64,000 bases of DNA from an uncultured delta proteobacterium (GCA_963803435.1 CAWDML010000001.1:1472001-1536000), one strand, 5' to 3'. Positions 51,911-62,540 are shown, counted from the first letter of the stretch. Made by a program: numbers and translations. The notes: a model not told the origin generated them from the letters alone.

Positions 51911-53961
51911 TCAGCGCACCTCGAACGTGGCCTGGGCCGGCCGATCTCGGGAGGACCCCCCGACCTCGACGGTGTACCCAATCCGCTCGACCGCCCAGGC
52001 GCGGGCGTCCGTATCGAAGTAGGCGAGGGCCTGGACCGGCACCGCGAACGACACCGTCCGGGTCTCACCAGCGGCGAGGGCCACCGGCTCGAACGCCTTC
52101 AGCTCCCGGGGCGGGCAATCGACGCTCGAATCCCGGATAGCCGACGTAGAGCTCGACGACCTCGATGCCATCGCGGTCACCGTCGTTCGTCACCTCGACC
52201 GCGGCCGCCAGGGTGTCGCCGGGCCCGAGCGTGCTCGCTTCGAGCGAGACGGCGCCATAGCGAAAGTGCGTGTAGCTGAGGCCGAAGCCGAACGGGAAGA
52301 GCGGCTCGATCGCCGCCCGATCGACGTGCCGGTAGCCGTGATAGTAGCCGTACGTCACCTCGTCGGCGTCGCTGACGAACTCGGGGAGCTGGGCCGCGTC
52401 CCTCGGGAAGGTGATCGGCAGCTTGCCCGAGGGGTTGACGTCACCGAAGAGGATCTCGCCGATCGCAGCGCCGCCCTCCGAGCCGGGATACCAGGCCATC
52501 AACACCCCCGCGACCCGATCGATCCACGGATCCATCGTCAGCGCGCTGCCGCCTTCGAGCACCACGATGGTGCGAGCGTTGGCTGCGGCCACCGCTTCGA
52601 CCAGCCGCACGTGTGCGGCCGAGAGCCCGAGCTCGGCCCGATCGCCGCCGCCGATGAGGACGTTCTCGCCTTCGTCGGCGGCGGTCAGCCCCACCACCAC
52701 GATCGCCGCGTCCGCGGCCCGGATCAGCGCCTCGTCGTCCGCCGCCAGGGTCGAGCCTCCGACCCGGTCGACGCGGGCACCGCTGGCCGCCCGCTCGATG
52801 CCCTCGAGCGGCGAGATCGCGCGGGAGGGCGTGACCGCGCTGCTCCCCAGGTCGCCGAGGTTCGCCACCTTCGCGAGATCGCCCACCACCACGACGGATC
52901 CGATCGCGCTCCTGTCGAGCGGTAGCACGCCGCCCTCGTTCTTCAACAGGACGATGGAGCGCCGCGCCACCTCGCGCGCCAGCGCCAGGTGCGCCTCGCT
53001 CTCCACCACGCCGGGATCGGGCGCCGCCGGGCGATCGAGCCCGAAGGCGAGCTTCTTCCTGAGGATGCGCCGGACCGACGCGTCGATGGTCCGCATCTTC
53101 ACGTTTCCGGTCCGGACGGCCTCGCGGAGATCTTCGCCGAAGTACGAGCCCACCGGCATCTCGATGTCGAGCCCGGCGTTCGCCGCCGGCGCCGCGCTGT
53201 GGGTGCCGAAGACCCAGTCCGACTCGACGAAGCCGTCGAAGCCCCAGTCGTCCTCGAGGAGATCGTGGAGAAGGTGTGCGTTCTCGCTGCAGTAAGCGCC
53301 GTTGACCTTGTTGTACGCGCTCATCACCGAGCCGACGTGCGCCTCCTTCACCACGCGCTCGAACGCCGGCAGATACAATCTCGCGGAGCGTGCGCTCGTC
53401 CATCGTGACGTTCACGGTGAAGCGGCTGTCCTCGATGCTGTTGGCCGCGAAGTGCTTCGCGCTCGCGATCACCTGCGTCTGCGCGCCTTCGACGAACGCC
53501 GCGCCCATGCGCCCGAGGTGGAGCGGATCCTCGCCGTACGTCTCCTGGGCCCGGCCCCAGGCCGGGTGGCGCAGGACGTTGATCACCGGCGCCAGGATCA
53601 CGTTGGCGCCCTTGGCCCTCGCCTCCTCACCGATCGCCACCCCGACGCGGCGCTCCAGCTCCGGATCCCAGGTCGCGCCGCGGGCCATGCCGACCGGGAA
53701 CGCGGTGGCGTGGCCGGCACGGACGCCGCGCGGGCCGTCGACCATCTTGAAGGCCGGTATGCCGAGCCTCTCGTTGCCGCCGGCGTAGAAGGAATCGTCG
53801 ATGGCGCCGAGCTGGAGGCCGGCCTTCTCCTTCACCTTCTCCTCCAGGCTCATCTGCCCGAGGAGCGCCTCGACCCTGGCCTCGACCTCGTCCATCGGCC
53901 CGTCCTTCCCGCCCCCGCAGGAAGCGAGCAGCCACATCACTCCGGCGACCCGTAAGCGCAC
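51911..53961 (-). CDS. GH3 beta-glucosidase lipoprotein with Fn3-like C-terminus (two +1 frameshifts, ~53377 and ~52129)
   Basis: DGPRGVR, GRAQETYGEDP, KHFAAN, VMSAYNKVNG, FVESDW, VLLKNEG, FPFGFGLSYT, RELKAF spread over three ORF pieces. Confidence 0.88.
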
Positions 53962-54006
53962 GGCCGACAGTCATCGACTCTCACCGCGGCTGTCAAACGC
54001 GCGCGG

Positions 54007-57000
54007 CTAGCCGCAGTCACCCGACGGCGGCAACACCACCTCCACCAGCCGGCCCAGCGCGTCGTAGCGATAGGTGGTGCGATTCCCGAGCGCGTCGCGG
54101 CGCTCGACGATCATCCCGGCGCCGTCCTCGAGCACGGTTCCGCGGACCTCGCCGTTCTCGTACAACGTCCTCGCCAGGAGCCCGTTCTCCACGGTGAGCT
54201 CGGTGACCGCGCTCCGCGTCACGCCGGCTTGCACCAGCGATCGCTCGTCGAGGGGCGCCCCGAAGGCGGTCATCGCCGAGGTGGTGAGGAGCGTCTTCGG
54301 TCCGCCGAACAGCTCGAAGAGCGTCTGATCCTCCGGAGCGCCCGTGATCGGGGCGCGCCAGTAGACCTCGCGGACACCGCGGAGACGGCTGATCGCGGTC
54401 AGCCCGGAGATCGTCCAGCCCTCGGGGATGCGCATGGCCTTCCCCAGCGTCTCGCCGTCGGCCGCGAAGAGCTCGACGTCGTCGCGCGCGCTCCCCGAAG
54501 CGGGGTCGATCGACGTCGTCATCTCGATCGATCCGGGACGGTCCTCGGTCGCGTAGTGATACGCGAACTGCACGATCGGATCGAGCTCGCTCGCGCCGCC
54601 GGCGTCGTCCCAGCGCCGCTCGAGCCGCTCCTGTCCGTCGTACCTGAACGACTCGAGCCAGGTCTGGGCCCCGCGCAGCGTCTCGAGCTCCAGGACCGCG
54701 TCGGTCAGCGCGTCCGACGCGCTCACCCGCGTGATCACGCCGTCGGGCATGGTCACGTCGAGCAGGCGGCCGGTCGCCGGGTCGTAGTTGATCGCGGTGG
54801 TGCCGCGGCCCGGATGGCTCACGGAGGCGACCCGATGTTGCGCGTCGTAACCGACCTCCTGCATCAGGATCGGATCGCTGCCGGCGCCCATGTTGGTGAT
54901 GCTCGTGATCTGGCCGAGCGTGTTGCGCTCCAGCTCGAGCACGTGGACGAAGTCGAGCTCGGGGTGACCCGGGTGCTGGCCCTCGACCCGCTCGTGCCCG
55001 TGCAGGCAGTGGAGATCGGGATCGAGGCCCGCCACGTCCGAGAGCACGAGCGTGCGCAAGAGCGTACCGTGACGCGAGGTGGTGCGCGTCTCCGTCGCAC
55101 AGCGGCCGCGCTCGTACGCCAGGTATTCCGTGGTCTTCGCGGTGACGGTCCCCAGGTCGCCCATCCATCCGTCGGTCTCGGTCGCGGCGCGCACCAGCCG
55201 GACGCCGGCGAAGCTCCCCTCCTCCAGCGTGCGCTCGGTCGTCTGGGCCAGCCCGGGGACCCGCGCGTCCACGAGGCGCGTCCCGGTGACCGCACCCGAG
55301 ATGTCGTCGTCGTTGAACATCTCGACCTCCTCCACCGACTGGGGCGCGTCCTTGCGGACCCGGCCGAAGCCCACCAGGAACTGGGCGGCGCTGTGGAAGA
55401 ACGGCTCGTCGTAGTCGTAGCGGTACGAGATGGTGTCGTAGCCGGCGTTGTGCATGGTGAGAGAGGAGAGCAAGGACGGGCGCCGATCGATCCCGGGCGT
55501 GGCCGGCGCACGCTCGTACGCGAACTCGATCCGGCTGCCCTTGCCGTCGTCCGCCTCGCGCATGAGCCCTGCCTCGGGCGCCGTCAGCGTCAGCGCGAAC
55601 GCGTGGGTGCCCTGCACCAGCACCGCCTGCTCCTCACCGTGACCCTCGAGATCGGCCGCCACCGGATAGCCGAAGGCCCATCCGATCGAGGTGAATCCGG
55701 GCACCGCGGCCTGGCGGAAGTGATCGCCGCGGTTGGTGAACAGATAGAGGCTCGAGCCCTGGGAGAGGAGGACGTCCATCAGGCCGTTCATGTCGACGTC
55801 GGTGAACGTCAGCTGGAAGCTGTTGAGGTTGGTCAGCTGGTTGTTGGTCGAGGTCACGAAGCTGAACAGCTGCCCTGCGCTGAGATTCTCGAACCTCCCC
55901 GTGCCGGACCAGATCACCAGCCCGGTCGGATACCGCGAGACGATGTCCGCGATCCCGTCGCCGTTCATGTCGTTGATCCATGTCGTCGAGGGGTTGAACG
56001 CCGGCGCCAGGGGGCGCGCGGGCCGCCGCACGAAGGAGAAGGTGGTCTCGGTGCTGGTGTTCTCGAGCACCTCGTAGCCGCCTCGAAACACGCGGATGAT
56101 GTCGGGCTTGAGGTCGCGATTCAGATCCACCAGCCGGGTGTTCGCGCCCAGATGGAACTGCCCGCTGATGGTCGCGAGATAGAGCGCGTGGCCAGCGCGA
56201 TCGCAGATCAGGAGCGAGGTGTTCGCGCCCACCGCGCGCGTCACCACCACCTGCGGCTCGGTGCCGCCGGGCCGCATCCGCGCCAGCAGGCGAGGGGCGT
56301 TGCTCGAGGACGGCGGCGGGCGACAGAGCGGGTTCTCGGTGCCGTCCGGCGGCGGCAGCGGCTCCTCGATCCAGCCGGTCTCGGTCTGACGGAGGAGCGC
56401 GCCGTCGTAGGGGCGCTCGAGCTCGATCCGACCGTCTCGATCGCCGTCGAGGATCGAGACGCGGTCGGGCTGGATGGCATCGCCGCCGTTCGCGGCCAGG
56501 TACGTGTCGAGCTCCGGGATCGGCGTCAGCGCGGCGGCTCCGAGCTGCTCCTCGGCGAGGACCCACTGATAGGTGACCGGAGGATCGGACTCTCCCGAGT
56601 GGTAGGTCTTCGTGATCGCCGAGAGATAGTAGGCCGGTCCGGTGGGGCTCTCGAGATACTCGAGCGTGTAGGTCCAGCGCGGCTGGTAGCGCGCCTCATC
56701 GTGGAGCCACGCGGAGATCGTCACGTGATCCGCGCGGCGGTCGAGCTGCATCGGATAGTTCGAGCGGTAGTCGGTGAACGGCTTCGGCAGCGCCGTATAG
56801 CTCACGTCCACCCGATACTCGGGGAAGCCGGCCCGGCCGCCGTACTCGGCGCGCGCCAGGAACGGCCGCCCGGAGGCGTTCCTCTGCCAGGTCAGCACGG
56901 TGCGCTCCCCGAAGGTGTTCTCCACCCGGCTCATCATCCAGCGGTAGGTCCCCGAGCCGTTGGTGACGGCGTCGGCGGCCTCGAAGAGGTAGCGGGTGCC

Positions 57001-57471
57001 CTCGGCGTTCGTCGCCTCCCAGCCCCCGCCGACCGGCTGGAGTCGCACCGGCGCGTTGTAGCCCACCGGATAGTAGGCGCCGTCGGTGCCCAGCTCGAGG
57101 CGACCCCACGGCGACTGGAGCTCGTCGGCGACGTAGTCGATGTCACCGAGCACCCGAAAGCGCGTGATGGACAGACCGATCGAGAAGCCCATGCCCCACT
57201 CGGAGAGCCCGTTCTCCGGCGAGTACCTGGGGATGATGTCCGCCATCGGCGCCCCGCGCTCGCTCGGATACACGATCGCGGCCGGTAGGCTGAACGTGCC
57301 GCGGGCCAGCTCGGCGGGACCGAAGCTGAGCCGTGACAGCGACCCTGCCACCGAGCCCCGCTGGGGGCGTTCGAGTGTGGGCGCCTGCACCAGGCTGTCC
57401 TTGAAGGCCTGCCCGAAGGCGGTGCCAGCACCGGTGAAGAAGATCGTCGAGGCGACAAGTAGCGTTCTCAT
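54007..57471 (-). CDS. TcB-like protein: signal peptide, SpvB-like N-terminus, FG-GAP propeller, YD repeats; no RHS core
   Basis: PRYSPENGLSEWGMGFSI; DLNRDLKPD, DMNGDGIAD, DVDMNGLMD; YDAQHR, YDPATGRL, YDGQER, YRYDALGRL; ends PPSGDCG*. Confidence 0.85.
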   Translation of the reverse strand: MRTLLVASTIFFTGAGTAFGQAFKDSLVQAPTLERPQRGSVAGSLSRLSFGPAELARGTFSLPAAIVYPSERGAPMADIIPRYSPENGLSEWGMGFSIGLSITRFRVLGDIDYVADELQSPWGRLELGTDGAYYPVGYNAPVRLQPVGGGWEATNAEGTRYLFEAADAVTNGSGTYRWMMSRVENTFGERTVLTWQRNASGRPFLARAEYGGRAGFPEYRVDVSYTALPKPFTDYRSNYPMQLDRRADHVTISAWLHDEARYQPRWTYTLEYLESPTGPAYYLSAITKTYHSGESDPPVTYQWVLAEEQLGAAALTPIPELDTYLAANGGDAIQPDRVSILDGDRDGRIELERPYDGALLRQTETGWIEEPLPPPDGTENPLCRPPPSSSNAPRLLARMRPGGTEPQVVVTRAVGANTSLLICDRAGHALYLATISGQFHLGANTRLVDLNRDLKPDIIRVFRGGYEVLENTSTETTFSFVRRPARPLAPAFNPSTTWINDMNGDGIADIVSRYPTGLVIWSGTGRFENLSAGQLFSFVTSTNNQLTNLNSFQLTFTDVDMNGLMDVLLSQGSSLYLFTNRGDHFRQAAVPGFTSIGWAFGYPVAADLEGHGEEQAVLVQGTHAFALTLTAPEAGLMREADDGKGSRIEFAYERAPATPGIDRRPSLLSSLTMHNAGYDTISYRYDYDEPFFHSAAQFLVGFGRVRKDAPQSVEEVEMFNDDDISGAVTGTRLVDARVPGLAQTTERTLEEGSFAGVRLVRAATETDGWMGDLGTVTAKTTEYLAYERGRCATETRTTSRHGTLLRTLVLSDVAGLDPDLHCLHGHERVEGQHPGHPELDFVHVLELERNTLGQITSITNMGAGSDPILMQEVGYDAQHRVASVSHPGRGTTAINYDPATGRLLDVTMPDGVITRVSASDALTDAVLELETLRGAQTWLESFRYDGQERLERRWDDAGGASELDPIVQFAYHYATEDRPGSIEMTTSIDPASGSARDDVELFAADGETLGKAMRIPEGWTISGLTAISRLRGVREVYWRAPITGAPEDQTLFELFGGPKTLLTTSAMTAFGAPLDERSLVQAGVTRSAVTELTVENGLLARTLYENGEVRGTVLEDGAGMIVERRDALGNRTTYRYDALGRLVEVVLPPSGDCG

Positions 57472-57487
57472 GTGACTGTCCTTTTCT

Positions 57488-60400
57488 TCACGGCCGGCAG
57501 ACGTCGACGCCCTGCATGGGAGCTCCGACGCCGCGGGAGTCGAGCTCCATCACCAACATCACCTCGGTGGCGACGAACGTCTCCTCGCCGGTGAAGGGGT
57601 CGAGCTGGCGGAAGCCGTCCTCGTTCCCCGGCTGGGCCCGCAGCTGAGCCAGCGCTGCGAAGTTCACGTCGAAGTGCGTGAACGGGGAGAGACCGACCAG
57701 ACGTTCCGGTCGCGGCAGGTTGTGGAAGAGCTCGAGCGCCTCGTCCGGCTCACCGTGGATGATCGGGATCGAGAGGCTCTGCCCCAGCCCGTCGTCGAGG
57801 AAGTAGGTCGTGTTGCCGGCGGCCCGCACGAAGACGTCGGCCTCTGCGGCCGAGCCGGGCAGCCAGCGGCCTCGAGTGTTGAGGTCCTCGTTGTTGGTCT
57901 GGTTGGGGCGCGCCACGAAGATCGCCATGCGGTGGATGACGGGCACCGACTCGCCGCAGCCGAGCACGCCGTCGCCGCCGAGCGCGGAGTAGACGTCGTT
58001 GGCGTCGATGGTGAAGGTCCCCATGCCGTCGGCCTCGATCGCCTGCCATACCGACTCGGCGCGGACCGGGTCGGCCTTGCGCCAGGGCGAGGCGGGGTCG
58101 AAGGGCCCCGGCACGAAGTCGGGGCGGACGAAGCTGACCGCGACCACCGGCCGCTGCTGCCACTCCTGATAGCCGAGGTCGGCGACCTGGTACGAGAGCA
58201 GCGCGTCGTCGATCACCGACTGGACGTCCGACACCAGGTCAATCAACCGCGTCTCGACGTTCGCGTGCAGCAGGTGGCCGATCGAGATGTCCGCGTTCAT
58301 CGCGAGCAGCGCGTCGGGGTACCAGAGGTCCATGATGGGATAGAGATAGTCGAGGCTGACGTCCACCAGCCGGTTGGACTTCGCGCGCAGCCGATCGCCG
58401 TCCAGGTTGCGAACCGCCATCGAGGGCAGGATCTGGGCGAGGCGCGAGTCGATGCCCAGGTTCTCGAGGTCGTCGTCCATCGCCTGCAGCTCGAGGGCGA
58501 TGCCGTCCATGCGCCGCTCGATCGAGCGGATCTGGACCGCCCGCTCGAGCCGCACCAGCTCGGAGTCGAGGAAGGCGTTGAACAGCCCCACCAGCGGGCT
58601 GGGCAGCGACGCGTACGGGACCCCGGAGGCGATCTCCACGTTGTTGATCGCCTCGCTGCGGATCTGGCTCGACTGCGAGGGCAGCACGGTGCCCTGGGAC
58701 GCCAGCTCGGGGATGCGCAGCCGCAGGCCGGCGAGCTCGGTGCCCATGGTGGTGACGACCGCCTCCGAGAGGGCGGTGGCGCTGATCAACCGCTGGGCGG
58801 TCACCGTGAGCCGGTTGGTGTCGTCGAGGGCTGCGCACGTGCCCAGATCGTTGACCACCAGGTGCACGTCGGCCTGCTCCGGGATCATGATCGCGGTGCC
58901 GCCTTCACGAACCACGTAGACATCGAGCGCGTGGCTGACGCTGAGGTCGCCCGTGGGCAGCACCACCGCGAGCAATGCACCTGCCGGATAGCGCGGGAAG
59001 GGTGTGTTGGGGAGCCGGAGCCCTCCGCTGAAGCTCGCCGAGGTCTGGACACCGCCGCCGTCGCTATCGGTGTCGCTGGTGGTCTCCGAGTAGGACCAGG
59101 TCTGTCCCGCGAAGCCGCACGCGCTGGCCGAGAGGCCGATCTCGAGCGGATCGGTGAGGAAGCCGAACTTCGCGTTGGCGCACACCTCCGCCTTCCAGCC
59201 GTAGCTCCGCGAGTACTCGTCGGCCTCGGTATAGCTGTGCGAGTGCGTCTCGTAGTGGTTGTTCACGTAGCTGACCGTGAAGCCCTCCGGTCCGGTCTCG
59301 GGCTGGGTCAGCGCGACCGGCGCTGCAGTGCCCGTGTTCGGGTCGAAGATCCTGACCCCGCGGATCGAGCAGGTCGGTGACCAGCGCCCAGTCGTGCGCA
59401 CCGAGAGGATCTGACCCGGCTCCAGGCCGATGAACGCATGCGCCGAGACCTGGTCGATCGTCGACAGCTGCTGCGTCCAGAGCGCGTCGGCGCCCGAGAG
59501 CTCGAAGAGCTCCGAGTCCGGCAGCGAGATGTACTGCGCGCCGTCGATCGCGGCTTCGACGTCCTCGAGGGCATAGACGATGTTGGCGAAGCGCGCCTCC
59601 TCCCTGGCCGCGTTCTGCATCAGGCCCGCCAGATCGGACTGGAGGTCGTCGATCTCGGCGGCGCGCTGGCGCTTCTGGTCGTCGATGCGATCGAGGGCGG
59701 CCTGCGTCCCCGCCTGGGCGATCACACCGCCCACCACCGTCGCCAGATCGGCGCGGTAGTCCGAGATCTCGTCGTCGAGATCGTTCGCAGCCGACTGCAT
59801 GAACGAGATGACGTTGCTCCGGATCTTCTGGTCGAGCCCGGCATGGAGCGTGTTGCGCCGGTTCGGATCGAGGAAGCCGGTCGCCAGGTACGACGCCCGC
59901 CGCTCCTCGGCCTCGCTCACGTTGGCGAGCAGCGTCAGGTCGAACGGCGAGCCCGCTTCGAGGGCGCTGGTGAGGTGGGTCTGCTGGCTCGCGATCTGGG
60001 CGAACACGGCGCGCCAGCCGCTGGCAGTGCCGGCCGAGGCCACCACACCGGCGAGCCGATCGTGGTCGGGGAGCGCCGCCAGGAGGGCCCACAGGGTCGA
60101 GATCTCGGTCTCGACCGGACCCGCGCCGCTGAAGCGCCGGGCGAAGTCGTGGAAGAGCGAGAGATCGCGAAGGCGTGTCACCAGGCCGCGCGTGCCGTCG
60201 CCCGCGAGCGCGAGCAGCGCATCACCCGAAAGGACCGGCGTGTTGAGCACCGTGGTCTCCGGCATCACGACCGTGCCCTCGACCGAGATCGCAGGAAGCG
60301 AGGTCACGTACGTGAACGCCGCGGTGAGAACCGCGCGGTCGACCTCGAGGGCTCGCGAAGAGCTCGTCAACAGCGCCGTGTCGAGATCGGTCGCGGTCAA

Positions 60401-62395
60401 GAGATCGTCGGTCGTGCCCCCACCGTCGTAGGCGTAGCGCCAGAAGCGCCCGAGGATGCGTCCGAGGGCCGGGCGTGCCGCGGTGCTGGTGCCGCTGAGC
60501 GCGAGCTCGGCCGAGGAGGCAACGCCGTACCAGCGGTCGACCGTGTAGAGGGCGCGCGGCAGACTCGCAAACGGGCTGGTGTCATCGGCCAGCGCGCCCA
60601 TGGCGTTGGTCATCACGTCCTCCGCGGAGATCACGGCGCCGCGCGCCGCCTGATCGCTGGTGCACGAGGCCTCCACGGTGGGGTCGAGCCCCAGCGCGAA
60701 GCCGATGGGGCTCAGGCAGCTCTCGAGCTCCACGTAGGCGACGGCCGGAGGTACGTGCGGCAGGGCCAGGCGCTGGCACCGGCGAGACTCGCGGGAGAGG
60801 ACCTCGTTCGGCTGGCCCTTCGGCGTCGCAGCCACCAGCACGCGGAGCTCGTCGATGGTGTACCACTCGGACAGGGCGACGGTGAGCGTGCGGCGATCCG
60901 CGGAGATCGTGACCGTGTCCTCCGAGGTGAGGCCGCGCGTGGTGAGGCCGGTCGGATACGCGGTGGCCGGCGAGCCCAGGCTGGCGTCGGTCTGCGACAG
61001 CCGAGCGTCGGTGGTAATCACGCCGAGGATATCGGTGTCGAACGTGATGGAGCCGCTCACGGCGGCGGCGATGAACGAGGTTTGCATGTGGAGCAGGTAG
61101 ACGTCGGCGACGGTGGCAGCGGGGATGGCGCCTCCGGGATACGAGCTCGTGTACGTTCCCGGCGCGACGGCATCGACGGCGATCGGGGTGGCCAGGCTCT
61201 CCGAGGCCCGCTCGCGGAACGCGCGGATCTCGAGGTTGCTGAGGAGCGCACCTTCTTCGACCGACCGCGGCGTCAGGCTCTCGACCACCCCGCCGGAGAA
61301 CACGGGGCGCTTTCCCGGACAGGTGTCGGGCGGTAGAAGCGCCGAGACCGGCGCGCAGGCCGGCTCGACCGCGCTGCCGTCGTAGAGCGAGCGGAGCGCA
61401 GCACGATCATCGGGGTTGAGGGCGTCGGCGCGGAGCTCGTAGAGCAGCATCGCCCTGCGCAGCAAGCGTTCGCGGATCTCCGGATCGCTGCTCTTCTCGT
61501 TGAGTGGACCGGCGAGGCGGCCGCGGATGCAGGCCAGCTTGGCGCGCGCCTCGGCCGCGGTGCCGATCGGGAGCGGATCGCACGAGGTACAGGCGGGCGC
61601 AGGCGAAGGCGCCAGGCCAGGCTCCGAGGTCACCAGCTCGGCGGCGGTCAGACCGGGGGCCGAGTAGAGCCGCGACCAGTAGATCCCGCAGGAGGGGCCC
61701 GCGAAGGTGCAGCGCGGATATCCGTACGCCGTGCAGGGCGCCGTGGTGGGGCACACGTTGGCGCCGTCGACGCTGGACCTGCCGAGCTTCTTGTCCGGCA
61801 CGTGCAACACGACCGTGCATCGCCCGTGGTAGTTTCCGGCGGTGCCCGTGATGGAGAGGGTGACGCTCGCGATCACCAGCTGGCTCTCGTCGGCCGGGCG
61901 CAGGCCCTGAGCGCGCAGCTGATTGAGCACGGCGGTCCGTCGTGTCGACGCCTCCGAGTTGCAGTGCGCCTCGGCGTAGTCGTAGTCCGCGATCCGTGTG
62001 GGCTTGCCGCAGTGCAGCCTGCCTTGCGAGTCGGTCGTGCAGACCGGCGGCTCGGACAAGGTGGGGACGGAGAACCCGGGCGAGGCCGGGACCACCGCGG
62101 TGTCGGCGTGGTAGCCCTGGACGCCGAACGAGAAGTCCTGGCACTGGCGCTCGATGCACTGATCCTGGGCACCGCACTCGGGCGCCCGCATCGAACAGGT
62201 GTTGTAGCGGCTGTACTCCCAAGGACCCTCGCAGGCAGTGGTCTGGCTGGCGGGATCGCTCCAGGCCAGCATCGACGCGTCGCAGGTGTCGGGAGCGGCG
62301 ACGACCGAGTCCTCGACCGTGGTCTCGTCCGGTCGAGCCTCGCCGCCGCACGCCGCGAGAGAGAAACAGAGGGGCAGGGACCAAGCGCGTTTCAT
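57488..62395 (-). CDS. Large lipoprotein (~1635 aa), candidate TcA-like or pore-forming component
   Basis: MKRAWSLPLCFSLAAC lipobox; Cys-rich N-terminus, helical body, two coiled coils around a Ser/Thr-rich amphipathic hairpin; stop 16 bp upstream of the TcB-like gene. ORF is clear, function inferred. Confidence 0.7.
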   Translation of the reverse strand: MKRAWSLPLCFSLAACGGEARPDETTVEDSVVAAPDTCDASMLAWSDPASQTTACEGPWEYSRYNTCSMRAPECGAQDQCIERQCQDFSFGVQGYHADTAVVPASPGFSVPTLSEPPVCTTDSQGRLHCGKPTRIADYDYAEAHCNSEASTRRTAVLNQLRAQGLRPADESQLVIASVTLSITGTAGNYHGRCTVVLHVPDKKLGRSSVDGANVCPTTAPCTAYGYPRCTFAGPSCGIYWSRLYSAPGLTAAELVTSEPGLAPSPAPACTSCDPLPIGTAAEARAKLACIRGRLAGPLNEKSSDPEIRERLLRRAMLLYELRADALNPDDRAALRSLYDGSAVEPACAPVSALLPPDTCPGKRPVFSGGVVESLTPRSVEEGALLSNLEIRAFRERASESLATPIAVDAVAPGTYTSSYPGGAIPAATVADVYLLHMQTSFIAAAVSGSITFDTDILGVITTDARLSQTDASLGSPATAYPTGLTTRGLTSEDTVTISADRRTLTVALSEWYTIDELRVLVAATPKGQPNEVLSRESRRCQRLALPHVPPAVAYVELESCLSPIGFALGLDPTVEASCTSDQAARGAVISAEDVMTNAMGALADDTSPFASLPRALYTVDRWYGVASSAELALSGTSTAARPALGRILGRFWRYAYDGGGTTDDLLTATDLDTALLTSSSRALEVDRAVLTAAFTYVTSLPAISVEGTVVMPETTVLNTPVLSGDALLALAGDGTRGLVTRLRDLSLFHDFARRFSGAGPVETEISTLWALLAALPDHDRLAGVVASAGTASGWRAVFAQIASQQTHLTSALEAGSPFDLTLLANVSEAEERRASYLATGFLDPNRRNTLHAGLDQKIRSNVISFMQSAANDLDDEISDYRADLATVVGGVIAQAGTQAALDRIDDQKRQRAAEIDDLQSDLAGLMQNAAREEARFANIVYALEDVEAAIDGAQYISLPDSELFELSGADALWTQQLSTIDQVSAHAFIGLEPGQILSVRTTGRWSPTCSIRGVRIFDPNTGTAAPVALTQPETGPEGFTVSYVNNHYETHSHSYTEADEYSRSYGWKAEVCANAKFGFLTDPLEIGLSASACGFAGQTWSYSETTSDTDSDGGGVQTSASFSGGLRLPNTPFPRYPAGALLAVVLPTGDLSVSHALDVYVVREGGTAIMIPEQADVHLVVNDLGTCAALDDTNRLTVTAQRLISATALSEAVVTTMGTELAGLRLRIPELASQGTVLPSQSSQIRSEAINNVEIASGVPYASLPSPLVGLFNAFLDSELVRLERAVQIRSIERRMDGIALELQAMDDDLENLGIDSRLAQILPSMAVRNLDGDRLRAKSNRLVDVSLDYLYPIMDLWYPDALLAMNADISIGHLLHANVETRLIDLVSDVQSVIDDALLSYQVADLGYQEWQQRPVVAVSFVRPDFVPGPFDPASPWRKADPVRAESVWQAIEADGMGTFTIDANDVYSALGGDGVLGCGESVPVIHRMAIFVARPNQTNNEDLNTRGRWLPGSAAEADVFVRAAGNTTYFLDDGLGQSLSIPIIHGEPDEALELFHNLPRPERLVGLSPFTHFDVNFAALAQLRAQPGNEDGFRQLDPFTGEETFVATEVMLVMELDSRGVGAPMQGVDVCRP

Positions 62396-62408
62396 CGGGC
62401 GCGGCGAG

Positions 62409-62424
62409 AGCAATCGTCGTGCCG
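62409..62424 (-). promoter_or_regulatory. Sigma54 (-24/-12) promoter, leftward
   Basis: Minus strand reads CGGCACGACGATTGCT, near-consensus TGGCACG-N4-TTGCW, 13 nt before ATG 62395. Confidence 0.65.
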
Positions 62425-62449
62425 CCGCCCGCCTTCAGCTCGAGCCGTC

Positions 62450-62492
62450 CCGATGACACGCGTCCTCCGTGACACACCGGCCGATGACACGC
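62450..62492. promoter_or_regulatory. Triple TGACAC direct repeat, candidate enhancer (bEBP binding site)
   Basis: CCGATGACACGC at 62450-61 and 62481-92, CCGTGACACAC at 62467-77; centred between the divergent promoters. Confidence 0.55.
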
Positions 62493-62524
62493 CGCCTTTG
62501 GTGGACCGCGCTGCGGGGCCCGAT

Positions 62525-62540
62525 CGGCACGCTTCGTGAT
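62525..62540 (+). promoter_or_regulatory. Putative sigma54 promoter, rightward
   Basis: CGGCACGCTTCGTGAT: intact -24 GGCACG, variant -12 (GA for GC), 14 nt before ATG 62555. Confidence 0.45.

Noticed and set aside
53991-53996. TTGACA (-35) on the minus strand before the GH3 gene
   Set aside because: No acceptable -10 at 16-18 bp spacing
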